A DNA stretch of 64,000 bases from Puccinia triticina (GCA_026914245.1 CP110439.1:1488001-1552000), one strand, 5' to 3'. Shown: positions 13,785 to 28,100, counted from the first letter of the stretch. Numbers and translations: made by a program. The notes: generated from the letters alone by a model not told the origin.

Positions 13785-15425
13785 GCGTCGGCGGGGTTTT
13801 TTTTTTTTTTTTGAGAGAAAGCCGGGGATACTGCCGGCGGGGTTGTGATCTAAACCAGTAAGGTGGAGGAGATCGGTGTTTTGCGGGGTAAAGAACTTAA
13901 AGACTTCAGACTTGCGGGCAGACAATTGCCAAGACTTAAACTTAGAATGTTGATGGATAACTGGGAATTTTATGGTTCAGAGTGAGTCCATGCTGCTCCA
14001 AAGCCTGAGTTTGAACTGAACTCCAACCTTGGAGTTGGTGACATGTAGCAGACATCTCATCACAACCTAGCGCGCACACGCGCGCTACAACAAGACAAGA
14101 AACAAAAGAAAGCACAAAACACAACACAACAAAACCAAGAACAACCCTCCTCATCAAAAACCTGTCCAACGCGCGCAGAGTGAAAGAAGAAAATAACAAA
14201 CATGATGAAAAGAAAAGAAGGGAAAACAAAACCATCAACAAAGGAGAGAAAAGAAGGGAAAAGAAAAACCTGAAACGTCTTGAGGATGCGCGCCACGCCG
14301 CGCCATTGAATCTTGAGGAAGCCTTGAGGGCTGGGAACTTTATGCCTTGATGTCTTGAATCCTGACGTCCTCCGGCGCGCGCCATGCGCGGCAAAAAACT
14401 TGATTCCTCCGCGTGTACCAGATTGTCCACCACACCGGTGTGGAACTCCGTCCGGTGCAGGCCGGCGGCAGTTGTTGGAGGGGAAAGGTTGGGAAATGCC
14501 CTCCGGGGCTGGTCGCAAAAGAAAGGGAGGATCTGTTAGCAATGAGGTAAGGGGGTGTTTGATTTACGACGGCGTTGAGCGCGCGTCCGCAGGGTTGTAT
14601 TTATTGAAGAGGAAGGGGAAGGGAGCTGAGAAAGATGAGGAAGATTCGCGAAGAGAAGATCGTCAAGGGGCGCCGGAAGGCGGGGTCAGAGTGAGGGGGA
14701 TCGACAGAGAACGCCACGTGCGTGATAAGATGATATCCCAGATCTTCGGGACAGATAAAGCTCAGAAAAATGCTCAAGACAGCAATGAGTAACCGTGATT
14801 AATAAAATTTTGATGGGAAAAAAATATGGTTCAGAGTGTCTCCCATGCCGTCCCATCATCTAAGTTTGGACAGAACTTAGACTCCGGGCGCAGCACGCAG
14901 CGGGACCTTCAACATACACCCACGCGCGCAACAAACACAAAAGAAAAAAAAAGAAACAAACAAAAAGAACAAAAAACCAAAACAAAACCAAAACTCAGAC
15001 AAAACCAACCCACCACATAGCCAAACCTTCCAACACGCGCAGATAAGAAACAGAATCAACAGACAAGTGTAGAAAGGAAAGCAACAAAGAAGAGAAGGAA
15101 AGAAAATAAAGAAAAGCTGCCACACTACATAGAAGAAAAGAAACCCTGCGCGCCAATCCGCGCACCCTTGCCAATTTTGATCTTGACACTGTATTTACCG
15201 AATAGCGCACCACATCTCCTCCCCAAATGCAGTCTATCCCTAGACTGCTACGCGCCTTTCGTCGAAGTTGAAAAAGAAATCCGCGCCTAGGAAGATCCAG
15301 AAAAAAAAAACCAGGAAGGGAAAAGAACCAAAGGCCGCCGCGGTGCTCACGAGTGTGGCATGGAGTAGGGTTTTGAAAAGCGGTGGTAGCTACCCTGGAG
15401 ATGCCAACATTGGGAGGACTTACTT

Positions 15426-18400
15426 CTAGTCTCCTCTGCCTCCGCGGGAATAATTCCTTTTGACCTGGTCCGCTGAAAAGCGCCGCGCCAGCCGCGTACC
15501 ATCGAGCTCCTCCAGAATGTAAGAACCTCCGCGCACCTGCTGAACCACGCGAAAAGGGCCGCTCCAACGGTTGGCAGATAACTTGCCCCACTGAACCTCA
15601 AGAGAGCGATTGTAAGCGAGCACCATGTCGCCGGGCTTTAAAGGCGTCCTGAGCCGACTTGCAGACCTCTCTTCCCAATACTTGATAGATTCTTCACGAG
15701 CTTTCATCATCTTCTGGTGCGCTAGCTCACGCACTTCCTCGCTGCGCTCCAATTGCCGGCAGCGCGCCGCCAAAAGATCCGCTGTGGCTTGAAGTTCATC
15801 CCAATCAATCCCAAGGTACGACTCCATCTTGAGATCAATGGGCAGGACGGCCCTTTGGCCAAAGACAAGCTCGTACGGAGAGTAGCCAGTCGAGCGCTTG
15901 GTTGAAATCCTATCGGCAAACAAGACTAAGGGGAGATACTTCCTGCAATTCTTTCCACTTTCGCCGGCGAGCTTGACAAGGGCGGCCTTGAGGGGACCGT
16001 GGCCGCGCTCAACCATTCCTTGACCTTCAGGATAATAGGGAGTCGAGACGCGGTGCTGGCCTGGGAGTTCTCGCAGCATCTCCGCGAGCTTTCCATCGAA
16101 CTCAGAGCCGCCGTCGGTCGAGTAAGAGCGCGCCAAACCATAGCGCATAGTCCAATTTTCATGAAGGAACGTGGCCACGGACTCAGAGCTAAGGGTGTTC
16201 AAAAATTTAGCCTCCACCCAGCCCGAGAAATTGTCACGCGTCACAATGAGATACTGCGCGCCAGCTGCCTTGATATGTACGACTTCCATGGACACGCGCC
16301 CAAACACGGAAGTCTCGCCAGTAGGTCCACGAAGCTCCATCGGCCGACAAAGGTCGCGCTTCTGACATGCTTCACAGCTCTTGCACCAACGCAGCACATT
16401 TTTCTTCAAGGATGGCCACCAAAATTGTTCTGCAACACGTCGATAAGTCTTGACCTCGCCGCAATGACCCAAACCTTTGTGCAGGCTTTCGAGAACTTTG
16501 TCTTGCTTAGAGGGAATTCGCGGGCACGGGGAGCCCCGCTTCATGAGACAGCCCGCGTGAACAAAGAAGTCGACAGATTTGCGCTTCAGCACCCGGAAGT
16601 CGTCAGTGTGCATGCCGTCTGGCATCTTGAGATCTAAGAGATACCGCTCCAATTGCCGCCAAAAACCCTGTTGATAGCCTGAGTACTTGCCGTCAGCAGA
16701 GGCTAGGCAAAAACTCAGAGGTTGTGTGTAAGACCCTTCCTCATCAAAGTCAGCTTCTGGGATGGACTCATCTTCGCCCATGGGTCTCCTAGACAGGCCG
16801 TCTGGCATTGTGAATGATGTGCCCGGGCGGTGAACGATATCAAAAGAAACCAATTGAATAAAGGCGACCCAACGCATCATCAGTGCTTTGGGCAAGCTCG
16901 GGGCGTTGATCATCTGAATGAGGGATTGCGCGTCAACCTGAAGCTTGAAATGTTGTCCCCAAAGGACCGTCTGAAACTTCTTGAGGATCCGTGCCACGCC
17001 ACACAACTCCAGCTTGGGCTGCGAGTACCAAGACTCAACGTCGGAAAACAGCAACAACTCATAGAGAGCGGGACAATCCAGGCCATTGGAATCCTCTTGA
17101 GTAAGCACGGCTCCCGCAGCGTGAAAACTGGAGTCCACAGCTAGTTTGATCTTGCCCGCGTCGGGTCTGTAGACAATCTTGGCTAGAACAATATCCTGGC
17201 CCACGATGGTCTTAAGTTTCTGGAAGGGCGCTTCACACTCCGCCAACCAGATCCATTCCGCGTCCTTGCGCGTCAAGCGCCGGAGAGGGAGGCAGATCTC
17301 GGATAAGGAAGGGATGAATATCCGCACATAGACTACCACGCCAAGAAAGCCGTGAATCTCTGATGCATTGATGGGAGTCGGCCAGGAGAGAACTTTATTC
17401 ACCTTGCTCTTCGCCATCCTGCGACCTTCTTTACACACAATGTGCCCTACAATCTCCAGCGCGGGCACGCAAGCCGCCAGCTTGGACACGGAGACTGTAA
17501 GGCCGGATTCTTTGATTCAAAAAAGGACGCGTTCCAAGGTTTTCGCGTATTCCCAGATAAAGCGGCGTATGCCGGAATGCCAAGGAAGAACCTCGTCACC
17601 ATAATCAGACACGGGGCCCTTAATACCCCCATCTTCAATGAAGATTCCCGCGTGATCCGGGATCTTGTCCTGGAGAATCCAAACCATCTGTGCTTGATAA
17701 ACAGCAACAGAGTTTGTCGCTCCCTGAGGCAACTGCGTGAGTTGAAACCTGCCGAGCAGGGTGTCGAAAGTAGTAAGTGGTCAAGAGATTGGATGTAAGG
17801 CGCGCTTATTGTAGCCGCCCATAATATCTCCTAAACCATAGCAGGCGCGGCCTGCGAATGACTCCACAAACTCCTCTGTGGCCGGCGGAACGCCGGCGTC
17901 TTTGATTGTGACTTTGTTCAGTGGTTGAAGATTGTGTACGACGTGTATTTTGCCGTTGCTCTTGAGGACGCAAAAGACCGGAGAAGAGTAGCTTGACGTT
18001 GACTGCTCATATAGGCCCGTGGCAACACGCTCACGGATGACTTTGATGAATTCATCCAGCTTAGCTGCGGGGATAGGAATTTTGCACTTCTGCCACGGCT
18101 TGTGCTCCACGACGGGGATGATGTAAGGCAAGACGTAGGAGTCCTTGAGCAGACCCCTCTCTTCCGGCGTAAATGCTATCGAGAGATTCCGTTCTGCAAA
18201 AACATTCTTGAGCAGATCCAACTCAGCTGGCCAGAGCCAGCCTTTAGGGCCGAAGTTGACAACAGCAAGCCAATCTTCCGTGACGCGCCCCTTTGGGACA
18301 AAAGGACCGGCTAGCGAACAGGGAAGACCGCAATACGGATTGCGCGAAAGAGGCGGGTTCAGATCTTGAGGTATAGCTTGATTGACTGGCTTGATCTTGC

Positions 18401-19046
18401 GCGCCACTGGCTTGTACTTTGTGGCGAAGGAAAGAAACTCCCCGCGCGTCCACGCATCCACCAGCTCCATCTGCTCGTGATAGCGCAGACCGTGCTCCAT
18501 CAAATTCCACGTGCAATGCTCCGCGTGATCCCGGAAAGCCGCCTTATCTGAGAATGCAAAATCAAACGGAAGGACTTTGCTCACAAGTGTGGCCCAAGGT
18601 AGAGTTTTGAAAGATTGCGCAGCATCACGCCTCAGAGGTGCACATTGGGAGGAACTTACTTCTATTCCCAATTGCCTCCACGGAACACCGAATTCCACCA
18701 CGCCGTTCTCACAATTCAAAGGAAATCGTAGATTTACCTCATTTTGGAGAATCTTTAGTTTTTCCTTGTTGCGGAGGCTCGGGAGTTTAAGCTCATCGCG
18801 GAGTTCAGCTAGATTACCCTTGTTGCGGAGGACATCATAGGACGTTTCTAGTTTATTCTCTTCACGGAGACAAGATTGAGAACTTGGGAAGCCGCCTAGA
18901 ACAGAAAATCGGGGCAAAAAACCGGTGGGGCTCACAGACGTGGCATGTAATGCTAATGACGATGCAGTAGAACCCTGGGAGGAACTTACTTCCTGTCTCC
19001 CAAACCTCCGCGAATTCCCTATATCCTCCATTCCACCCTGCGCCAT
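15426..19046 (-). pseudogene. pol: Gypsy pol (RT, RNase H, integrase)
   Basis: One frame with two in-frame TGA stops (17781, 17517); PQGATNS..FIEDGG (RT), LAVDSS..ELCG (RNase H), H..GH..C..C zinc finger, TDGGSEF, VERGH, WSGPF. Confidence 0.92.
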
Positions 19047-19305
19047 TAAACCACCGCCAAGAGCCGCGCCAGAGAAAGGAAAGGTTCCACGCGAAGAAGC
19101 GCCAAGAGAGCCGGAAAAAAGAAGTGAACTGAGATCTAATGATATGTTTTTGAGGGTTTTAATGTTTTCTTCATGTTTTTCAGATTTGATATTTTGGTTA
19201 TTGAATGGGAAAGAAAAACAAGGCCGGTGAATCTCTTGATGATGAGTTGACCCAGCAGCACGTGGGCGAGATCCTAGATTAACACAGCCGCTTGACGGAT
19301 CAACT

Positions 19306-20087
19306 TAAAAGATTTTAAGCAACTGAAATGTATTTTTTTCTTTGTTTAATCACTTGTAACTACAATATTGATTTAAACAAATGTAAAGAAAAACAGATAA
19401 AGAGCTTTCCCTGAAAGGAGCACGAGTGGGTGCTTGGTTTTGGTATGAAGTAGCTCTGTTGCTGGGCTTAGCGTGAGGAGATCTGTGAGGGCTAAAGGTA
19501 AGTCTACACAAAGCGCCTTCGTTAGCTACCTTCCTCTTTGCGCCTGTTGCTTTTCTATTCTTTGTCTAAGCTTGTAGCGCTTACCAATTCAGGCACTAGT
19601 CAAATCAGTATCCTAGATTTGTCCTGTCTGTGTTGGTGCGCTACTTCTGTGTCTGCTTGTCAAACAAGGTTCAAGACAAGTTAGCTGGGCTATCTCTTCC
19701 GGGTCTGAGGAATGAGACTACTCACCACGAGTGGTGCTGTTGGCGATCCTAGCGAGTAGGGACGCTTTTGTCTTCAAGCTGATGCGGTCTGCAAGAGTTC
19801 TGTGAGTGTAGAGTTGGTTAGCTTGGTATTAGCTCCAACTCTAACTCTGCTCGGGTACGTACTTGGCTGAGTCTAATCTTCCTTGTTCCCGCTTGGTTTT
19901 CGTTAAGGTTGCCGTGTCTACAGAGTGAGCAAGCGGGGCTCTTCAGCTAAGAGAGTTGGGTTAGGGTTCTGGGCTGGACTGCAGAGGGGGGCTTTCCTCT
20001 TTGTGCAGCTGGGGTTTCTGGGTTTATGTCTAACCGCGCTAGCTTCCTTTTGGGTTGCTGCGGGTGGTCTGATCCTGGATTCCTACA
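19306..20087 (-). mobile_element. Solo LTR inserted at the gag/pol junction
   Basis: Minus strand starts TGTAGGAATC; TSD CAACT (19301-19305, 20088-20092); removal restores colinearity with 56670-56760. Confidence 0.75.
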
Positions 20088-20096
20088 CAACTTGAG

Positions 20097-21612
20097 TCAT
20101 AAAAAATGACGCCCCTCGACAGGGTCGTCGCGCGCCGTGCTTGAGCGCGTCAGGATAGCCTTCTTCCCTTTGCCAGGAAATTCGCGCTCCCATCGTCCCG
20201 GATCCGTCGCGCAGAGAGAGACTTCTATCTCCTCCCATTCGCATCGGGGAGCAAGATCCTCTCGCCGACCTCTCCCGAAAAGCTGAGAGTGGCGTCGAAA
20301 TCCATGAGAAAGGGCCTTCCCAAGATCATGGGTCCGACCATTTGGGTGATCCAGAAATGGCACGTGCCCACAATGGATTTGCCGATGCGAAGCGGAACGT
20401 CCTCAGCAACACCGACCAATTCACATGCTTGATTGCCGATCCCATAGACTGCTGAACTAAAGTTGACGCGCGGGCTAATATTAAACTTGTTAGCCATCGC
20501 GTCCGAGATAAGGTTAAGCTGGGAACCAGAGTCCACCAAAGGAGATGCATTACTCTCCTCGTCTCCCACCAGGCACGGCAAATAACCCAACGGACACGAA
20601 TAGAGACGAGGCTCGAATCCGTTCGCCTTGAAATCCACTCCCTCGGCCAAAGTACCTGAAGAAACCTTCAGCTCTTCCGAGCCAACCTCGACTCGCTTGC
20701 GCGATACTCATCGCTTCATGCCTTCTGCCACAGCTGGTGACACCGCTAAAAGCTCCGAAACTGACAATTCCGGAACCTTGAGCCCGGAGATCTTTTTGAG
20801 CACGCCCTCGACGGCGTTCGGATGATCCTTGGAGATACCGCGCTCGAAGCGCACCTTGGGCGCGGCGCTAGCAGGCTTGGCTGGCTGCTCGGAAGGAGAC
20901 TGCTCGGGAGGAGAAAGGTCCACGATCGGAGAGGCAGGAGCCCTCTCAAACAGTTCAGCTTCCATATCTGATTCACCTACATCAGAATTGGGAGCACGCG
21001 CTGTAGACCTTATATCCGGCTTACGGGCAGCAGAAAGAGGAACCGCAGGCGCCTTGTACGGCTTCGGCGCCTCATGCTTCTTTCGCGCCGGGTCCGCCTC
21101 GTAGGATCCAGAAAAGGATTGAGACGTGACAACTGGGGGGTACCAGGGATCGAGAGAACCACACGTAGCGCGAAATTCCGGGGTGACTACACTTGCGGTT
21201 GGAGGAGGTTGAAAGGAGGCGACCACATGATGTATGGGCCGCGAAGAATCAAAAGGGATAAGTGCCCCGTTGCGCAAGAAGAAGTTGTTGCCCTTCTGCT
21301 CGACCAGATTGGCTTCCTTGTCTTTCTTGAGCTCGAAACAGCGCCCCGTTCCATGGCCTTCACGATGGCAATAGTAACAAACCAACGGGCCGCGCTCAGA
21401 TGGAGGTACCTTGCCCGACGGCTGCGGCGCCTGATTGGTGAACTTCTTCTCTAGACGTTGCTCGAAAGACTGCAGCATCCTCGAAATCTCGTCGACGGTG
21501 GCCGGGGCTTTATCCGGTGCCGCGACCGCAGCGGGTCGCCTATCTTGCTCCATCTTCTTCATCACCTCATTCCCTTGCTGAAAGAGGCCGACCGGAACGG
21601 GTGACGACGACC
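20097..21612 (-). pseudogene. gag: Gypsy gag C-terminal part plus aspartic protease
   Basis: Zinc knuckle CYYCHREGHGTGRC; protease PLVDSGSQLNLIS..ILGRPFL; stop near 20708, frameshift near 20230; ends GRHFL*. Confidence 0.88.
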
Positions 21613-24274
21613 AGTAACCGTGATTAATGAAATTTTAATGGGAAAAAAATATGGTTCAGAGTGTCTCCCATGCCGTCCAATCATCTAAGTTCGGACAGAA
21701 CTTAGACTCCGGGCGCAGCACGCAGCGGGACCTTCATCATACACCCACGTGCGCAACAAACACAAAAAAAAAAAAAAAAAGAAACAAATTAAAAAGAACA
21801 AAAAGAACAAAAAACCAAAACAAAACAAACAAAACTCAGACAAAACCAACCCACCACATAGCCAAACCTTCCAACACGCGCAGATAAGAAACAGAATCAA
21901 CAGACAAGTGTAGAAAGGAAAGCAACAAAGAAGAGAAGGAAAGAAAATAAAGAAAAGCTGCCACACTACATAGAAGAAAAGAAACCCTGCGCGCCAATCC
22001 GCGCACCCTCGCCAATTTTGATCTTGACACCGCCTGTACCAAATAGCGCACCACACTGGCCGCATATGGCGGACCATCGTACTGGGAGGATCTAGAAGAA
22101 AATGTGAATCAACATCAGGAGACGCGCGCCAAAATAGGTTCATACTATCAGAGCTTGATCCAACAGCAGAGGTGGCGGAGCTGGACCGACGTTTTCAATG
22201 CACTTTTTCCGGCATAAACCCTGTTAAAGCGAGTCACAAACAACTGGACCTCGCCTAGCTCTTTTCATGATAACTCAAAAGAGCTCTGTAACTGTGAAGA
22301 TCACCAGAAAAAAGCTCGACTGGTTGACTTGGTTGAATTATTAGGTGTGTAGTTGTCTGAAGAATTTGCCTTCTTTAAAAGTAACTGACCTCTGAGTAAA
22401 ATTGTTATGTGCACAGGCCAGCAGCGCAAAATGATAAATTTTTGTTCTTGCACCCCTGATGCGGTACAAATAATGGCACACGGTTACCTGGCCAGCACAC
22501 CAATATTTCCCCAAACCTCCTTTTCCCTGCGACTGCTAAACTTTTATGATCTACTCTGGAACTTGTGTAATGCAGCCGCCACGCCATTTTCTGAAGTTCT
22601 GCGTCGTTGGAACAAGTCAATTTCAATGCGGCTTTACAATAAGAAGGAGACTAAGGTAGAAAGTATTTAGTGTTTGATGTGGGTTGCATATCTCACTCCT
22701 TCTATCAACTCCTTCTTTAGCCCCGCGACCTCCGCCGCAATTTGACAGCTGCAATCAATGCATATTGCTTGCTTTTAGCAAAGCATTGGACTGCGGTTGA
22801 AATATTCACATCAGATTGTCCTCAAGATATACTAGCCATAGCCGTTTCCTTGCTCTCTACAAGCGGTTTTGTGACGGCCGCCAACAGGAGGTAAATTGGC
22901 CAGGACTGATCAAGGCAGCAACTTGATGAAAGCCAATTTGGGTCTTGTTCCCCCGGCATAACACACCTTGCTTGTTGTGCACCTTAACAACAATATCAAG
23001 GTGATTTCTTGGCCCGTCTCAGGTTAGTAATGACAATTTTAGGGCCTAGAAATTCATGTTTTTGGTCTGTCGTGGTCAATGGCTCGAGAGACTTCTCCTC
23101 ACCTGCTGCTGTGCACAGCAACACCAGCTTGGGCTCAACCGAGTTCACCTCATCAAAGTTTGGTCTCAAAACTCCTCTCCAAGAAAACACTTCTCAACGG
23201 GTTCTGGGTTGCTGGATACCATGGTGTTGGTAGTTGCAATGAGTTTAAGGTTGCCTGTATGTGCTATAGCAAAGGTAACAAGGCTTAGCGTTGGAGACAG
23301 CAAGGCTTGCTGGTGACCGGGTGTTTTGTCTGGGCAAGTAAGGGCAAGTATAAAGTGGACTGTTTGAATGCGGATAGTTTGTCCCCTTGTCAAGTCAATT
23401 GTCCAGCAATATCATGTCCTACTGCGCTTTCATAGGCATGGTTTGCTTAACGGCTCCTCTCCAGCTCAGCACTTGCTGAGCACAGGGGGGTCCGCCAGCC
23501 CCTTTTTGCCTGTTGCTTGTGCACCGGCTGGGGGGTCAATCCAAGGCACTTTGGTGTTTGGGGGTTATTTATTTTGAACTTTTAGTTAGAAAATTCATTC
23601 TTTTTTTTTTGTGTGTTTTCAACAAGTTGCAGGCCAAAACCACGCTCCTAATTTCTGTGAAACTCTGTTTTTAATAAACTTTGATTGACTTTGATATACT
23701 ATTGATTTGATGAAATATTGATGCATTCTTTGTAAGCACAGTCATATTTTTAGTCACTCTCTTCAAACATACATAGAGACATGAAATATTCTCTTCAAAC
23801 ATAGAGACATGAAGTATGTTCAAACATGGCCCTACATTGAAAGGGGCTGACTAAAAATATTTGAGTGCTTCCAAAGTGTATATTAATACTTCACTAAGTT
23901 AATTAAACAATCTCAAATTCTTTGCAAGCAGTCCAACTTATGTAGTCACTATTTCAACATACATAGAGGATTGAAACAAAGAGAAGTAAGTTGAAACGCA
24001 GAAAAGCAAACCACAATGCCACAAGTCTAAGTGCTGTCACAGCTTTTTTTTTTGCTCCACATTTAAACTACAGAGCTATTTGCACCAGATGTTTCAATTT
24101 GTTTGATAGGTAGCAGTTTTATCCATCCCATTTAAATTAGCCCACGCAGGATCTTCCAGGTTGGCTCTATCTTCATGCTTTTTATTGGCTTATTCCGCAG
24201 GCATTCTTCAATATTCAGTATGTTTGGTGAAACCACAAGTTTGAGCTTGAAGGCTGGAAGTCCTGCATCGGCGT

Positions 24275-25029
24275 TGTGGTAGACAGAAAGGTTCCACTAC
24301 ATCAAAAATAAAAAAATTCTTTGTTTTCTTTTCTTTACATAGTATTCATCAGGAATCATGGACTTTGGCACAAGGACAGGACTCTACAGGACTAGAAGTT
24401 ACATTCCAAGCTACATATACACCTCACCTCCTATTACAACCTCACATTTACATATACAACCCAGCTGCTGGACAGCTACACATACTCATTTACACTGTAT
24501 AGTATGTACATACATTCTAAATTAGTGGATTTTCACAACTGACAGCTGCAGGTGACATCATAGAAGTACCACCTTAAATCCCTCATGTTCTGACCAATCA
24601 TAGTCACTCATTCAGATGTTTGTACCTTCTACATGTCATGTACATTTCCGACCAACCACATTAACTCATTCAGTTCCCCTGCAGCTAAAATCCCTCATAC
24701 AGGGCTTCCTTGTAGCTAAATTCCCTCACATTTGTCTATATAAGGACCTCTCCCCCCCCTCAGTTGTCTTTTCCTCAGTTCAGTACCCACCTATCACATA
24801 CCCCACAACATTACATACCATCCAGACCCTTTACACATTATAAGAACCCTTACCAACTCAATAACAACTGAACTCACTCTCATATTCTCATATCTCTCAC
24901 CGCAGTTCATTACTCACCAATTACAGTCACCCCAACATTTACATAAACAAGCTTACATATACTTAACAACCTACATACATAACAATCCTTACAATAACAA
25001 TATCAACAAATTATTTAGTGTCATCAACA
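24275..25029. repeat. LTR-like dispersed repeat; inverted relatives at ~32207-32660 and ~40810-41506
   Basis: Starts TGTGGTAGAC (reverse complement ends at 41506); shared CAGCTAAAATCCCTCA..TAGCTAAA..CCCTCACATTTGTCTATATAAGG block. Confidence 0.65.
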
Positions 25030-25067
25030 AGCTCATCTTGAACCAACCAACCCTATCACTTCATTAA

Positions 25068-25100
<33 letters not shown>

Positions 25101-28100
25101 TCTGATAGTATAGAAGGGCAGAGTTTGCAACTCCATCATCCCCTTCTCCATTCAGCAAAAGGTTCTCAGGAACACTTTTGAGTCTTACACCGGCCATCTC
25201 TGAGAGTCACCCCCACTTGCAGCTAAAGGCTCAATTAGTTATGGATTTTGCTGGTTAACAGGTATGAATTGGTTGAATGTGCTCACAGAAAATGTTCCCT
25301 AGCACTTTGGTTATGTATCTTTTATTGTTGACAAGGCTTCCTGATAAAGTGATGTGGAAATGAGTTAATCGGCCAACAAGAATGCAACCCAATGACCCGA
25401 AATCCATTCTTTGCATACATCTGCATATTTGTTGAAACCAGCAGGCTTCCTCCGGTTACGGGTAGTAAGGGCCGTGTTTGGAACGTTTGCGCTAGGAAGA
25501 ACCGCAGTAGTCAAAGCAACATTGCCGTTAGAACCCACTTCCGTCCCAGGAGCAACCTCCGCACTAGGCCGGATGAACTTGGGGCTAGGTCCAACCTCAG
25601 AGCTAGTAACAACCACTGTACTCGGACCATCTTTTGAACTTGCACCAAAATCAGTGCTTGTTACAGCCTTGCAGCTAGAGACAGCTTGGGTGGTTGCCCC
25701 AATTTTTTTACGCGGGCCCCTCCCTTGTGTTCCTGCTGCGTACAAGTGGAAGCCACCAACCGGATCACCCTTTTCCATAAGCGTTTGCAGGAACTGATTC
25801 GCAATGAAACTGCCTCCCTGAGAAAAGAAATTTGTTGTGTGATCTTGTGATGCGAGTACAAGGAATCCTTCAATATGAGCCTTGTCACTTAGTTCCTTCA
25901 ACTTCAGCAAGTCAAGCACAGAAAAAACCGGAAGGAATCAGGCAAACATACCAATAAGACTGTCAATTAAACACATTCAATTCTCACCTCGCGCTCTATG
26001 GTGTCACACCATCTTCGGACATTGGTCATCACAGTCTGAGTCAACTTCACTTTCTTCTTTGCATCAAACCCGTCTTCTTCTTCTTCAGTAAAATCGCGAG
26101 GCTTTGGAATTGTTTCTTTGTAAGTCACGGCGACATACTTGGTTCGCTTTGATAGATCCACACTGGCTTAATGATGTGGGCAATCTTACATTATTCAAGA
26201 CGCAAGGTAATTTATGATTAAGTCAAAATAATAAAAAACAACTTACAATCCTTAAATGTTTCTTTTGATTTTGGATTCTCCGCCTCAGACCATAGCACGG
26301 TGGTATTCAACACCTTTTTTGGGCCCGTCAAATACCGATTTGTCAAATAGTCAAGTATTCAGAGATATTCAAACAAAAAACTCCCAAAAATCACCAAAAA
26401 CGCCAAAAAAGACATTTGTGGCTCTTTTGTTAGTTTCTGAGAATCCACAATTCTCAATTTCATTCCAAACAGTCATGTATTTCATTTAAGCACTATTTTT
26501 AATCAACTTGGCGTGTATTATAGCTATTTTTTTGCTTGGCGTGTATTATATGTATGTTTTTGAGAGAAAAAGTTGAAATAAACAAGAAAAACTGAAAACT
26601 AATCATCAATTTTAATTGAATTGTATGCCTTATCAAGTAAATTGCCTTGGAGCCAAGATTGCATACACATGTTAGATTCAACTGAGTTGTTGGAGAGAGA
26701 AAACCTTTTTACAGCAACTAGATTACCTGACTGAGAGAAAACCCGTTCACTCACTGCTGAACTAGCCGGAATTGCAAGGAAGTCCTTGGCAATCATTGAG
26801 AGGGTCGGAAGCACAAACTGATTATCTTTTCACCAAGTGATAATATCGGTCTTGAAAGTTGGTTCAGGCATCTGCAGATAGGTCGAAATTTCATTGGTTG
26901 GAGACTGCTTTGATATCTTCTTGTATTTCTGTAACGGGTGGAACTGAAGCTTCTCTTTTGCCTTTGTGGAAACCAATTCAGAAGGCAATTCATCGTTCTT
27001 TGGTTTCTTCTTGACGGAAGACTTTGCTGAGTAATCATCGAATGTTGCTTGTAAAACTTTCATCGCTTTGTCTTTTGATTCGATCTGGATGTTGCCATTT
27101 TTATTCACATCGTTGCTGATGGTATCAAGTTGTTGTTTGAATAGAGTGAGCTTGAAACGTGGATCCAAAACAACGGCGAGGATGGAGTGTTGCGAGTGGA
27201 TTGAATAGTAGCCTTGAATCTTTTCAATAGCAGCCTTAGCTGCTTCAATCATGACCAATCGTGATGTGCGGCGGGATTTTGTGAATTTTTTGACTGTTTT
27301 GTTGCAGTGGTCAAGCAATGCCTTGTACCACGGGATCACAATTGTCAGAGCCGCATAAAATTTGCCTTGGGTGTTGATTGATGCCTGTTGGAACTTCTCC
27401 AAGAATGAATGAATCCACTCGAAAAGGTCCCAATCGTCATCCTGGATGACTTCCTGTTACATAGAATACATATTGTATTAGAAAGCGAGCTGAGTGACAC
27501 CAAATAAATCAAAAATCTGGACGGATTACTGACCAGCTCTCGAGTTTTCTTATCATTAAGATAACGCACCGCATTGACAATTTGAGATTTTCCAGAGCCA
27601 GTTTTACCCTTCTTCCTTGATTGAGATTTCTTTTTTTTTCCTTTTGACTAGATCGGTTAGTTTTCTTGTAAGAGGAGAGAAGGTTGTCAATTTCTGGTCT
27701 TTGAATAAGAGCTAGATTGAGCATGTTAAAGGTGGAATTCCAACATGTGGCATTGTTGATGATCGGCCTTGAATCTTTTACATTGTTATCCTAACAGAGA
27801 ACCTGGAACGAGGCATACACTTGATCGGACTGTTGGATATGTAAAACAACAGCTCAAAGTTTGGTTAACAAAGGCTCAACAACGCGGAGAACTTCATTTG
27901 CCGCAAGGTTGAGAATGTAGGCAAAACATTGGACGTGAGCTTCAGGAGTCGTCAGCAGTTTGGTGTCGAGGGCAGTCTGGATAAATTTATCATTGTTTGA
28001 AGCATTGTCCAAAGTGATCAATATGATTCGCTTTCCGAGATAAGAAAGATCCACTTCGCCAGCTTTGTTCTTGTCAGGTTGGCTATTTCCGTTTTCATTG

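Larger units (their letters stand above)
11272..14434 (-). mobile_element. Solo LTR (TGTGG family) hosting two nested solo LTRs
   Basis: TGTGGAACTC...CACCACA; CCGG at 11268-11271 and 14435-14438; colinear with 14439-15214 after removing the inserts. Confidence 0.8.
14439..22055 (-). mobile_element. Ty3/Gypsy LTR retrotransposon with a deletion spanning the 5' LTR inner part, PBS and gag start
   Basis: 3' LTR 14439-15214 preceded by PPT GGGGAGGAGA; truncated 5' LTR 21613-22055 matches 14788-15214; flanks CCGG / CTGG. Confidence 0.9.
11058..22836 (+). pseudogene. CxC1 cysteine-cluster gene (KDZ transposase-associated), split by a retroelement stack
   Basis: MVSDRHK...STHP (11058-11271) rejoins in frame with AAYGGPSYWEDLE (22060+); then LCNC..VDLV and, after an intron, FCSCTPDAVQIMAHGYLASTPIFPQTSFSLRLLNFYDLLW, typical of CxC1; premature stops; truncated before any KDZ core. 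Confidence 0.7.

Noticed and set aside
14788..22055. 14788-15214 and 21613-22055 as the complete LTR pair
   Set aside because: The 3' LTR extends to TGTGG at 14439; the 5' copy is truncated by a deletion.
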